Positions 48,481 through 57,336 of a stretch of 64,000 nt of DNA are shown here, piece by piece. The notes beneath the pieces are model-generated. The model was not told the DNA's origin, did not search any database, and worked only from the letters and a program-made list of their open reading frames with translations. The stretch lies in assembly GCA_041572615.1 (NCBI GenBank), contig JBFFSC010000001.1, positions 6,050 through 70,049 of the forward strand. Reading direction: 5' to 3'. The DNA is from Sulfurimonadaceae bacterium. Its GTDB lineage: Bacteria > Campylobacterota > Campylobacteria > Campylobacterales > Sulfurimonadaceae. The first letter of the stretch is position 1. The number at the start of each line of letters is the position of its first letter. Position numbers and translations under genes: made by a program.

Positions 48481-49527
48481 ATGCCCGATAATGTTTTAAC
48501 GATTTTTGGGATTGATATCCCTCGGGGTTGTGTCAAAGATATCAGCATAGACCTTCCAAAACTTTACAACCTGCCGGCATCGATTCCTGTCCATGTCGTA
48601 CGTGGTAAAAGAAAAGGGCCTACTCTCTTTGTCAGTGCTGCCATCCACGGTGATGAACTCAATGGCATCGAGATCATTCGAAGGTTGAAAAAACTCTCTA
48701 TCCTGAAAAAACTCAAAGGGACCTTGATTTTGGTGCCCGTTGTCAATGTCTATGGACTAAGCTCGCTCTCACGTTACCTTCCTGACCGAAGAGATCTCAA
48801 TCGCAGTTTTCCCGGTTCTACAAAAGGTTCTCTTGCCGCGCGTATGGCTAAGATGTTCTTTGACGAGATCGTCAAAAAATCCGATTACGGCATCGATCTG
48901 CATACTGGTGCGATCCATCGAACCAACCTACCCCAGATACGTACGAATATCAAAAATCCCAAGACACTGGAACTGGCCAAAGCATTTGAGGCTCCTGTCA
49001 TCCTTCACTCAGAAGTCAGAGACGGTTCTCTGCGTGCAGTAGCCCAGGAACAGGGCGTATCGATCTTGTTGTACGAAGCCGGTGAGGCACTCCGTTTTGA
49101 CGAGACATCTATAAAGATCGGTGTCAAAGGCATCATAAATATTCTAAAGAACCTGGAGATGCTGCCCAAGACAAAGAAAAAGAGGTACAGGAACCCTCTG
49201 GTACTTAAAGAGAGCAGCTGGACTCGGGCTACCGAGAGCGGTGTACTACGAACATTAAAGGGCCTTGGGGACTCTGTGACCAAAGGTGAGACTATTGCCT
49301 TCATCGATCAACCCCTTGGGAAAGAGAGCTTTGAGCTCACCTGCTCCTTTGACGGTGTCATTATCGGAAAAAGTCAGATTCCCCTGGTTCAAGAAGGTGA
49401 CGCCGTCTTTCATATCGCACGTTCAGAAAACCTGGATATCGCCGAAGACCGTATCGAATATTTCCAAGAAGGTGCCATCGAAAGCACTGATATCCACGGT
49501 TTCCATGACGAGCATTCTATAGAGTAA
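48481..49527 (+). CDS. succinylglutamate desuccinylase/aspartoacylase-family (M14-like) deacylase
   Basis: AAIHGDELNGIEIIRRL, DLHTG and the Glu in YEAGE are typical of AstE/AspA zinc hydrolases. Divergent from the rimK pair. Confidence 0.8.
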   Translation: MPDNVLTIFGIDIPRGCVKDISIDLPKLYNLPASIPVHVVRGKRKGPTLFVSAAIHGDELNGIEIIRRLKKLSILKKLKGTLILVPVVNVYGLSSLSRYLPDRRDLNRSFPGSTKGSLAARMAKMFFDEIVKKSDYGIDLHTGAIHRTNLPQIRTNIKNPKTLELAKAFEAPVILHSEVRDGSLRAVAQEQGVSILLYEAGEALRFDETSIKIGVKGIINILKNLEMLPKTKKKRYRNPLVLKESSWTRATESGVLRTLKGLGDSVTKGETIAFIDQPLGKESFELTCSFDGVIIGKSQIPLVQEGDAVFHIARSENLDIAEDRIEYFQEGAIESTDIHGFHDEHSIE

Positions 49528-49563
49528 CTATAACACTGTAATGCAAATTTAACGTATCTGTTT

Positions 49564-50502
49564 TTATTGAATACAGGGTTCGCCTTTACACCCAAACACC
49601 TCTATCGTCACATGGGACAACTTCGTAAATGGCTCAAGAAGATTTCTGTAATGTTCTGTAGGACGGGGATCATGTGTCACTAGCGAAATCATGGCAGCAT
49701 AGTGATCAGCACTGATCTTCCAGACATGAATATCTGTAATGCGGTTGTCTGCATCGTCTTCAATTGCTTCTTTGATCGCCCTGTAATACTCCTCGTCAAT
49801 ATTTCCATCCAGTAAAATCGGACTGGTTTGCTTGATTAGTCCGTACGACCAACGGGTGATGATAACTGCGCCGACGACACCCATCATCGGATCCAGCCAA
49901 CTCCATCCAAAATATTTTCCGGCCAACAGTGCAACGATTGCCAACAATGAAGTGAGGGCATCGGCCAAGACATGCATATAAGCTGCTTTGAGGTTATGAT
50001 CATGATGATGGTGGTGGTGATCTTCTGCATGCTTATGATGATAGTGATGATCATCTTTAAGCAACAAGGCACTGACAAGATTAACCACAAGCCCCAATAC
50101 TGCCACGGCGATCGCAGCATCAAATTTAATGTTCTGCGGTTCAATAAAACGGTGCAAGGATTCAACCAGCATCAACAATGCGACGACAGCCAGAGCTATT
50201 GCAGATGCAAAGCCTCCAAGGACACCGACCTTTCCTGTTCCAAAACTGTAAGCTATATTTTCAGCATGCTTACGCGCATAATGATAAGCATAGATGGTTA
50301 TCATGAATGCGGCAACATGTGTTGCCATGTGCCATCCGTCTGCAAGTAGCGCCATGGAACCAAAGAGGCTCCCCGCAACAATCTCCGCTATCATCGTGAC
50401 AGCAGTCAACATCAAGACATACCTTGTCCTGCGTTCTCCCTTCTCGTTCCTGTAAGTAAAATCATGATCGTGCTGCCACTCTTCCAAATTCTCTGTATGC
50501 AT
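49564..50502 (-). CDS. cation diffusion facilitator (CzcD/ZitB-type) metal efflux protein
   Basis: Six TM helices with HVLADALTS. His-rich loop HHYHHKHAEDHHHHHHDH. C-terminal cytoplasmic domain. Confidence 0.85.
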   Translation of the reverse strand: MHTENLEEWQHDHDFTYRNEKGERRTRYVLMLTAVTMIAEIVAGSLFGSMALLADGWHMATHVAAFMITIYAYHYARKHAENIAYSFGTGKVGVLGGFASAIALAVVALLMLVESLHRFIEPQNIKFDAAIAVAVLGLVVNLVSALLLKDDHHYHHKHAEDHHHHHHDHNLKAAYMHVLADALTSLLAIVALLAGKYFGWSWLDPMMGVVGAVIITRWSYGLIKQTSPILLDGNIDEEYYRAIKEAIEDDADNRITDIHVWKISADHYAAMISLVTHDPRPTEHYRNLLEPFTKLSHVTIEVFGCKGEPCIQ

Positions 50503-50556
50503 CTCTTTTCTTTATTTCTAATTATCTATAAAACAAGCAAATATTTCCACTAAAAC

Positions 50557-51663
50557 TCATTCAACTCTCAAAGTAAAACTCTCTAACCCATGAGCTTCCC
50601 CGACAGGTGCATTGTAAAGTTTTCCGTCAAAGGTGTTCACGGCACTTATCATAACAGGCATCTGCCTGCATACTTCTTCTGCCCCATACTTCGCCAAAGC
50701 TTTTACATAAGGAAGTGTCGCATTCGTCAATGCATACGTTGAAGTCCGCGGATAAGCTCCTGGCATATTGGCCACACAGTAATGCACCACACCTTCTTGT
50801 ATAAATGTCGGTGACGTATGTGTTGTCGCATGCGAAGTCTCAAAACATCCGCCCTGATCAATGGAGACATCGACCAAGACCGAACCTTTTTTCATTGAGC
50901 CCAGCATCGCTTTGGTGATCAATTTGGGTGTCTTCGCACCAGGGATCAGTACCGTACCGATGACCACATCACAACTTGGCAGAAGGTCTGCAATGGTAGC
51001 TGATGAACTGTATAGGGTTGAGACATTTGTTCCCAGGACATCATTAAGATAATGCATCCGTGCCGTATTGACATCAACGATAGTGACATCCGCTCCCAGC
51101 CCTGAAGCGATTTCAGCTGCCGCTTTACCAGCAATACCCCCGCCGAGTATCATCACCTTTGCCCTATGGGTTCCGACAACTCCTCCCATGAGCACTCCAC
51201 TTCCTCCCTGATAGCGTCCGAGGTGTACTGCTCCCATCAAAGAGGCCATCTTTCCTGCCACCTCACTCATCGGCTCCAAAAGCGGCAGACGACCATCTAC
51301 CTGCAAGGTCTCATAGGCAAAAGCCCGTATCCCTCTTTCAAGCAGGAACTCCGTCAAGCGACGATCTGCTGCCAGATGTAAATAGGTAAAGAGTGTTTGT
51401 CCCTGCCTGAAAAGTCCATACTCCTGCTCTATCGGTTCTTTAACCTTGACGATCATCTCACAGGATTCAAACAACGCTTTGACATCATCGATCAGAACCG
51501 CTCCCGCGTTACTATACTCTTCATCACTGAAACCGCTGCCCTCTCCGGCTCCTGATTGAACATAGAGATCATGCCCCTGTGCAGTCAACTCCTGGACACC
51601 CGAAGGAGTGAGTGCGATACGATATTCATCTGTTTTAATCTCTTTCGGCACTGCGATCTTCAT
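50557..51663 (-). CDS. ald: alanine dehydrogenase
   Basis: MKIAVPKEIKTDEYRIALTP, ILGGGIAGKAAA Rossmann motif, VDVSIDQGG. Confidence 0.9.
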   Translation of the reverse strand: MKIAVPKEIKTDEYRIALTPSGVQELTAQGHDLYVQSGAGEGSGFSDEEYSNAGAVLIDDVKALFESCEMIVKVKEPIEQEYGLFRQGQTLFTYLHLAADRRLTEFLLERGIRAFAYETLQVDGRLPLLEPMSEVAGKMASLMGAVHLGRYQGGSGVLMGGVVGTHRAKVMILGGGIAGKAAAEIASGLGADVTIVDVNTARMHYLNDVLGTNVSTLYSSSATIADLLPSCDVVIGTVLIPGAKTPKLITKAMLGSMKKGSVLVDVSIDQGGCFETSHATTHTSPTFIQEGVVHYCVANMPGAYPRTSTYALTNATLPYVKALAKYGAEEVCRQMPVMISAVNTFDGKLYNAPVGEAHGLESFTLRVE

Positions 51664-51811
51664 AAAATCTCCTTATCAACCATCAATTGAGACATTCAAA
51701 TAATTGCTATAGTAATCTGTTTTTTGTTAATCCCGTCTATGGTTTTTATATTAACTCCAAAGCACTTATCTCACCATAAAAAAGAGTAAATATAATTTTT
51801 TTGACACTTCT

Positions 51812-51840
51812 TCCAACCAACTGACATTTTTCACCTACGA
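51812..51840 (+). promoter_or_regulatory. conserved box CCAACCAACTGACATTTTTCACCTACGAA upstream of thiD
   Basis: 26/29 identical to 61863-61891. TACAAT at 51858 follows after a 17-nt spacer. The box ends 49 nt before ATG 51889. Confidence 0.55.
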
Positions 51841-51888
51841 ACCAAATGCTGTTTTTCTTACAATCGTACTATCAATCAAGGAGTCATC

Positions 51889-52671
51889 ATGAAAGTAGTG
51901 TTGAGTATTGCCGGTTCAGATTCAAGCGGAGGTGCCGGGATTCAGGCAGATCTAAAGACCTTTGAAGCCTTTGGCGTCTTTGGTACGTCAGTGATCACTG
52001 TTTTGACTGCACAGAACACAGCTGGTGTGAGTGCGATTGAGAGTGTTTCTGCCGACTTTGTACGTGCGCAGATAAAAGCCGTACTTGAAGATTTTGATGT
52101 GGCCGCGATCAAGATCGGAATGCTCTACAGCATAGATGTCATGGAGGCAGTTAAAAGCCAGATTGCCAACTGTAACTGTCCAATAGTCTTGGATCCTGTC
52201 TTTATATCCAAGGCTGGTTCACCCTTGCTTCAGGACGATGCCGTAGAAAAGATGAAAGAACTTTTTTCATATGCAACGGTGATCACACCGAACCTTTTCG
52301 AAGCAAAGGCACTTTTTGGATATGACAAAGATGATGCCGCATCTGTTGAAACGGTTAAACAACTGAATACTCCTGTACTGATTAAAAACCAGGTTATTCA
52401 AGATACGGGCCAAAAGAGAAGTGTCGACCTGCTCTATGCGGGTGATGAAGAACAATGCTTCGAAACGGCACATATCAGGACAAATAACCTTCACGGTACA
52501 GGATGCTCTTTCTCAAGTGCAATAGCTGCCAACCTTGCCTTAGGCAAAAGACTTGATGAATCGATAGAGGTCGCAAAAAGATTTGTTACCCAGTCACTCG
52601 TGCATGCACCGTCAATCGGGCACGGACCGGGACCTATCAACCACAAACAAGGAGGAAAGGATGTCGCATAA
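51889..52671 (+). CDS. thiD: hydroxymethylpyrimidine/phosphomethylpyrimidine kinase
   Basis: [26 protein letters not shown], and [12 protein letters not shown] near the C-terminus. Confidence 0.9.
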   Translation: MKVVLSIAGSDSSGGAGIQADLKTFEAFGVFGTSVITVLTAQNTAGVSAIESVSADFVRAQIKAVLEDFDVAAIKIGMLYSIDVMEAVKSQIANCNCPIVLDPVFISKAGSPLLQDDAVEKMKELFSYATVITPNLFEAKALFGYDKDDAASVETVKQLNTPVLIKNQVIQDTGQKRSVDLLYAGDEEQCFETAHIRTNNLHGTGCSFSSAIAANLALGKRLDESIEVAKRFVTQSLVHAPSIGHGPGPINHKQGGKDVA

Positions 52672-53281
52672 ACTGCAGGGACTATATGCTATTACCGATG
52701 AAACACTCACGCCTGATCACAGCGTAGTGGAGCAAGTAAAGACTGCCCTTCAAGCCGGTGCCAATATCATCCAGTACCGCAACAAGACCGCAGAAGACTC
52801 TCAGGTCGAATCTGTATGCAGGGACCTATTGAGACTCTGTCATAATCACAAGGCCATTTTTATCATCGATGACAGAGCAGATCTCGCTCATAAGATAGGG
52901 GCAGACGGTTTACACATAGGCAAAGATGACACCTCACTCTCAGATGCTAGAAAGATATTCTCTGAAGGTATCATCGGCGTATCTTGTTATGGGAGTATCC
53001 GTAAAGCTAAGGAAGCAGAAGAAGAAGGAGCCGATTATGTAGCCTTTGGTTCTTTCTTCCCCTCACCGACAAAGCCAAAATCAGGTGTTATCTCTTTAAA
53101 GGTGCTTCAGAAGGCCAAAGAAGCGTTGAATATCCCTGTATGTGCCATCGGAGGGATTAATCGTGACAATATCCATGAAGTAGCCGCATACCGGCCTGAC
53201 ATGATTAGTATTGTCAATGACATTTTCAATGGTGATATCACCCATAATATAACTCAACTCAAACAAGGAATGAAGATATGA
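52661..53281 (+). CDS. thiE: thiamine-phosphate synthase
   Basis: Start [13 protein letters not shown] follows GGAGG. IQYRNK, GADGLHIG, GGI motifs. 11-nt overlap with thiD. Confidence 0.9.
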   Translation: MSHKLQGLYAITDETLTPDHSVVEQVKTALQAGANIIQYRNKTAEDSQVESVCRDLLRLCHNHKAIFIIDDRADLAHKIGADGLHIGKDDTSLSDARKIFSEGIIGVSCYGSIRKAKEAEEEGADYVAFGSFFPSPTKPKSGVISLKVLQKAKEALNIPVCAIGGINRDNIHEVAAYRPDMISIVNDIFNGDITHNITQLKQGMKI

Positions 53282-54156
53282 AAATTAAATTAGCTATTGA
53301 ATGGTTTTTAAACCCGGATCACCTGCCATTTATCGTAGGAATACGGGAAGGTTTTTTCAAAGAGAAAGGTCTAGACCTTGAGATCATCGAACCGACAGAA
53401 CATTATGACGGTCTGGATGAGCTCTGCCAAGGCAATATACATTTTGCGACCAATGAACCCTTGCACCTGATTGAACAGTTTGATGAGAACTTTTTGACAA
53501 TGGGAACCTATTTTGAGACTAAAGGAGGTGTATTACTGAAAAAATCATCTTATGAAAAACTCATCAACGGTGACTCGATCATTGTGACTTCTCCTGTCTC
53601 AAATGAAAAGACAGACAATATCGCCTTTGAGATCATACGCCGTTTCTATGCCAAAGAAGGTGTAATGGTAAAACGTGAACAGGTCAAGTTCGTTGCAAAT
53701 GGCTTTGAACACCTTAAATATATGAAAGAAGGTGCTGATGCCGGCTGGCTTTATTTTTATAATTTCGAAGGTATAGAAGCACAACATGAAGGCATGGAAG
53801 TACTCTACCTTGATGCGGAAAACGTCGGCTTTGCAAACTTCAGTGCCCTGGACATCTTTACTAACAAAAGCTGGTATAAGGAAAACACACAAACATGCGA
53901 CCATTTTCTCGATGCAGTAAGGGAGTCGACCACATGGATGAGTAAACATCCTGATGATGCTATGCAACACTATTATGATTACACAAAAGAAGAGAAGAGC
54001 GATCTGATGGATGACATCCTCACTGCAACGATGGAATGTTTTCATTCTGATTTTAATTCACTAGCCGCAGACCAGGAACCGATACTGGAGTTTTTTACCG
54101 AGATAGGGATAACCCAACTGCCTTATAATGATTTCAAAAAGGCATTTTTGGCTTAA
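53278..54156 (+). CDS. cytoplasmic NMT1/THI5-like protein (possible HMP-P synthase or pyrimidine-binding protein)
   Basis: No signal peptide. N-terminal LNPDHLPFIVGIREGFFKEKGLDLEIIEPT resembles yeast THI5 [34 protein letters not shown]. ATGA overlap with thiE. Confidence 0.6.
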   Translation: MKIKLAIEWFLNPDHLPFIVGIREGFFKEKGLDLEIIEPTEHYDGLDELCQGNIHFATNEPLHLIEQFDENFLTMGTYFETKGGVLLKKSSYEKLINGDSIIVTSPVSNEKTDNIAFEIIRRFYAKEGVMVKREQVKFVANGFEHLKYMKEGADAGWLYFYNFEGIEAQHEGMEVLYLDAENVGFANFSALDIFTNKSWYKENTQTCDHFLDAVRESTTWMSKHPDDAMQHYYDYTKEEKSDLMDDILTATMECFHSDFNSLAADQEPILEFFTEIGITQLPYNDFKKAFLA

Positions 54157-54157
54157 T

Positions 54158-54517
54158 ATGAAAGGTTTACTTTTAGTCGCACACGGCAGCCGAAGAGATG
54201 CATCAAACAAAGAGTTTGAGACAATGGTCTCTTCTCTGAACAAAAGGCTTCATAAGGTTTATTCTAAGGTAAATACATCGTTTTTGGAGTTATCTTCACC
54301 AAGTATCGATGAAGCGCTGCATGCAATGATAGCTGAAGGTATAGACGATATACAGGTGTATCCTTTCTTTCTTAACCCCGGAAGACATGTACATCATGAT
54401 ATCCCTGAAAAGATAAAAGCATTCAAAACACTACACCCTGAAGTAAGCTTTGATATTCTGCCTCATTTTGGAAGCTCTGAACATATTATCTCCCTAATAG
54501 TAAATGATTTGACCTAA
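54158..54517 (+). CDS. small CbiX-type (sirohydrochlorin chelatase-like) protein
   Basis: MKGLLLVAHGSRRD and PFFLNPGRHVHHDIP are typical of CbiX(S). 119 aa. Confidence 0.6.
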   Translation: MKGLLLVAHGSRRDASNKEFETMVSSLNKRLHKVYSKVNTSFLELSSPSIDEALHAMIAEGIDDIQVYPFFLNPGRHVHHDIPEKIKAFKTLHPEVSFDILPHFGSSEHIISLIVNDLT

Positions 54518-54572
54518 GTACTTGTCTAAACCCGGCATCTACTCACTACATGTTTTTACGCTATAAAAGAAT

Positions 54573-54596
54573 GAACTGACAAATTATCACTACTAA
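54573..54596 (+). promoter_or_regulatory. copy of conserved 24-nt box (GAACTGACAAATTATCACTACTAA) upstream of lipocalin gene 1
   Basis: 16/24 identical to the 51817 copy and 19/24 to the 26452 copy. GATGAT at 54614 (17-nt spacer) or GATAAT at 54617. 41 nt before ATG 54637. Confidence 0.4.
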
Positions 54597-54636
54597 CATC
54601 CGGACACATATGCGATGATAATACCAAAGGATTCAT

Positions 54637-55158
54637 ATGTACCGAGTATTTGTTTTTTTACTGCTTCTTACCAGCATTACAGGATGTTCCACCCCTTATC
54701 TCCCGTTGGATACCGTCAAAAAAGTTGACCTGGAACAATACTTGGGCACATGGTATGAAATCGCCCGATATGAGCACTATTTTGAAAAAGGATGCCGTGA
54801 TGTCTCTGCGACCTATACACGTAATGAAGATGGCAGTATACGGGTCATCAATCAATGCACCAAAGAAGACGGAGAAACGACAGAAGCTGTTGGCGTAGCC
54901 TATGCAACCGACAATAGTTACAGTAAACTCAAAGTAAGTTTTTTCAGACCTTTCTATGGAAACTATTGGATTATTATGCTTGATCCGGACTATGACTATG
55001 CTGTCGTAGGTGATCCCAGTCGTCAATACCTTTGGATACTCTCACGTACACCCCAACTTGATAACGATATCAAAGAAATGATACTAAAAAGACTTCCACA
55101 GATGGGATATGCAGTAGAACCTTTGATGTGGACAAAACAAGGAATGGGAGATGTTTGA
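54637..55158 (+). CDS. blc: bacterial lipocalin (Blc-type outer-membrane lipoprotein)
   Basis: Lipobox LTSITGCS. Lipocalin motif YLGTWYEIARY. Confidence 0.85.
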   Translation: MYRVFVFLLLLTSITGCSTPYLPLDTVKKVDLEQYLGTWYEIARYEHYFEKGCRDVSATYTRNEDGSIRVINQCTKEDGETTEAVGVAYATDNSYSKLKVSFFRPFYGNYWIIMLDPDYDYAVVGDPSRQYLWILSRTPQLDNDIKEMILKRLPQMGYAVEPLMWTKQGMGDV

Positions 55159-55618
55159 AAAAACAGTTCACATGACATTCAGTACTGAGATTGGGGTCAA
55201 TGCTAAAACACTCTTTGATTTTCATGGCGATACCGACAATCTGCCAAAAATAACCCCACCATGGATAACAGCAAGGCTTGTTTCACTTAAACTCCCTCTT
55301 TATGAAGGCAGAGAACTTGAACTTGATATCAGCCGTTTTGGTTTGACACAACGATGGAAGATACAAATTGCGGAGCTTAACCCGTTTGAACTTATCTGTG
55401 ACAAAGCACTCAAAAGTCCTTTTTCATCTTTTAGTCACCACCACAGGTTTAAAATGATCGGCGAGAACAGGACTCTGCTCTGTGATGAACTCGAGTTCAG
55501 TTTACCTTTCTATCCCTTCAGCCTCATTGCCATGCCTTTTATAAAAAGAGACATCCGAATGATGTTTGAATATAGACATCTAAAAACTAAAACTTTATTG
55601 GAGAACAACAATGTTTAA
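55151..55618 (+). CDS. SRPBCC-fold (START/Bet v1-like) ligand-binding protein
   Basis: 155 aa. Size and the pattern TLFDFHGDTDNLPKITPPW resemble COG4276-type SRPBCC proteins. 8-nt overlap with blc. Confidence 0.5.
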   Translation: MFEKTVHMTFSTEIGVNAKTLFDFHGDTDNLPKITPPWITARLVSLKLPLYEGRELELDISRFGLTQRWKIQIAELNPFELICDKALKSPFSSFSHHHRFKMIGENRTLLCDELEFSLPFYPFSLIAMPFIKRDIRMMFEYRHLKTKTLLENNNV

Positions 55619-56135
55619 CACCTCACTGCACCTTGACGAGAAGTGCCATGCACAACCCCGAATTGCCGCTTTATTGACCTGTGGAAGCAATATAATGCCC
55701 CTTGCCTGGCATATGCCCGTATCCAAAGAACCATTTAGATATGCCGTCGCTATACGAAGCGAGAACCATACACATGATTTGATCAAAAAGAACAGAGAGT
55801 TTGCCCTGAATTTTTTGGATATTTCCTATCAGGATGCCTATCAGAAGTCTGGTGATATTCATGGGGGAAGTGTCGACAAGTTCGAACTCAGCGGGCTTCA
55901 TCAGAAAGATGCACTAAGTATTGAAAGCACTCTCATCGAGGAGGCTTATATGATCTATGAATGTATACTCGTTGATATCATCAGCTATGGCGATCACGAT
56001 ATATTTGTCGCTGATGTGAACCTAATCTTGAACAAAGAGACTAAAGAGGTAAAACCCACTCTGTTTTTGGGTAAAGGATATTATGATACTTTACTCGGTG
56101 ATCCTATACGACTGAAAAGGAATACTGATGAATAA
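55611..56135 (+). CDS. flavin reductase-like (FMN-binding split-barrel) protein
   Basis: [23 protein letters not shown] ... REFALNFL, typical of the flavin reductase domain. 8-nt overlap with the upstream gene. Confidence 0.7.
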   Translation: MFNTSLHLDEKCHAQPRIAALLTCGSNIMPLAWHMPVSKEPFRYAVAIRSENHTHDLIKKNREFALNFLDISYQDAYQKSGDIHGGSVDKFELSGLHQKDALSIESTLIEEAYMIYECILVDIISYGDHDIFVADVNLILNKETKEVKPTLFLGKGYYDTLLGDPIRLKRNTDE

Positions 56136-57336
56136 ATACATCCCTCATGCTTTTGATTTTGATCCTGATGAACGTGGTCATTTTGGAAGGTTCGGTGGAC
56201 GTTTTGTACCGGAAACACTTATGCCTGCCCTTATTGAACTTGATGCATTTTATGCTTCCTTGCGCTTTGACCAAGATTTCTGGTCTGAAGTAAATGCCTA
56301 TTTTAAAGATTATGTCGGAAGACCTTCACCTCTATACAAAGCGCAAAGCCTATCTGATGAACTTAATGCACATATTTATCTAAAGCGTGAAGACCTTAAT
56401 CATACCGGTGCACATAAGGTGAACAATACAATCGTGCAAGGACTGCTTGCCAAAAAAATGGGCAAGACAAAGGTCATCGCTGAGACCGGAGCCGGACAAC
56501 ACGGTGTTGCTACAGCAACCATCGCTGCTTTGATGGGCCTTGAATGTGAAATCTTCATGGGAGAGAAGGATGTTGAACGGCAACAACTCAATGTCTTTCG
56601 CATGAAGCTTTTAGGCGCCAAAGTCCATGCTGTTTCATCAGGAAGCCGTACACTTAAAGATGCGATGAATGAAGCCATACGCCATTGGGTCACCAATGCA
56701 CGCGACACCTTTTACATCATCGGTACTGCAGCTGGTCCTCACCCCTACCCATTGATGGTTCGTGACTTCCAGGCCATTATCAGTTTTGAAGCAAAAGAGC
56801 AGATCCTTCAACAAGAAGGTTCCCTTCCAGACTATGTCATTGCATGTATAGGAGGAGGAAGTAATGCGCTTGGGATGTTTGCCCATTTTATCAATGAAGA
56901 ATCAACTCAATGTATTGGTATAGAAGCCGGAGGCCATGGACTTGAAAGTGGAAAGCATGGGGCCAGTCTTGCCCTTGGAAGACCAGGGATACTACATGGA
57001 CAGATGAGTTACCTTTTGCAAAGCAATGACGGCCAGATTGACGAAGCACACTCAATATCTGCAGGTCTAGACTATCCTGGAATTGGCCCTGAACATTCAT
57101 TCTTGATGGAGCAAGGAAAAGTAATTTATGATAGTATTAACGATGATGAAGCTATGGATGCATTTGTATGGTTAAGTCGTGCAGAGGGCATTGTTCCTGC
57201 TTTTGAGAGTGCCCATGCGATTGCCTATCTGAAAAAAATGCCTAGAGAGAATATTCAGAATAAAAAAATCATTATCAGCCTTTCAGGACGAGGTGACAAA
57301 GACATGATCCAAGCAATGGAGATATTGAAACTATGA
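56128..57336 (+). CDS. trpB: tryptophan synthase beta chain (TrpB1 type), with no adjacent trpA
   Basis: [45 protein letters not shown] and [10 protein letters not shown] are near-collinear with E. coli TrpB as I recall it. Confidence 0.9.
   Translation: MNKYIPHAFDFDPDERGHFGRFGGRFVPETLMPALIELDAFYASLRFDQDFWSEVNAYFKDYVGRPSPLYKAQSLSDELNAHIYLKREDLNHTGAHKVNNTIVQGLLAKKMGKTKVIAETGAGQHGVATATIAALMGLECEIFMGEKDVERQQLNVFRMKLLGAKVHAVSSGSRTLKDAMNEAIRHWVTNARDTFYIIGTAAGPHPYPLMVRDFQAIISFEAKEQILQQEGSLPDYVIACIGGGSNALGMFAHFINEESTQCIGIEAGGHGLESGKHGASLALGRPGILHGQMSYLLQSNDGQIDEAHSISAGLDYPGIGPEHSFLMEQGKVIYDSINDDEAMDAFVWLSRAEGIVPAFESAHAIAYLKKMPRENIQNKKIIISLSGRGDKDMIQAMEILKL

Noticed and set aside
49995-50055. atgatgatg/gtggtggtg-rich low-complexity DNA that looks like a simple-sequence repeat
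   Set aside because: It is the coding sequence (minus strand) of the His-rich loop HHYHHKHAEDHHHHHHDH of the CDF transporter. It is not a non-coding microsatellite.
51817-51840. Reading the box as the known Rhodobacter RpoE(ChrR)-type promoter
   Set aside because: As I recall, that promoter is of the TGATC...CGTA type, which does not match AACyGACA...CTAC.AA. The functional analogy is kept, but identity of the sigma factor is not claimed.
51664-51888. Expected TPP (THI-box) riboswitch upstream of thiD
   Set aside because: Only an isolated TGAGA is present (around 51690). I could not find the G-rich P1/P2 stems or the CTGAGA...ACCTGATCTGGATAATGCCAGCG-like core. The region is AT-rich and promoter-like. 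An Infernal scan is needed to be certain.
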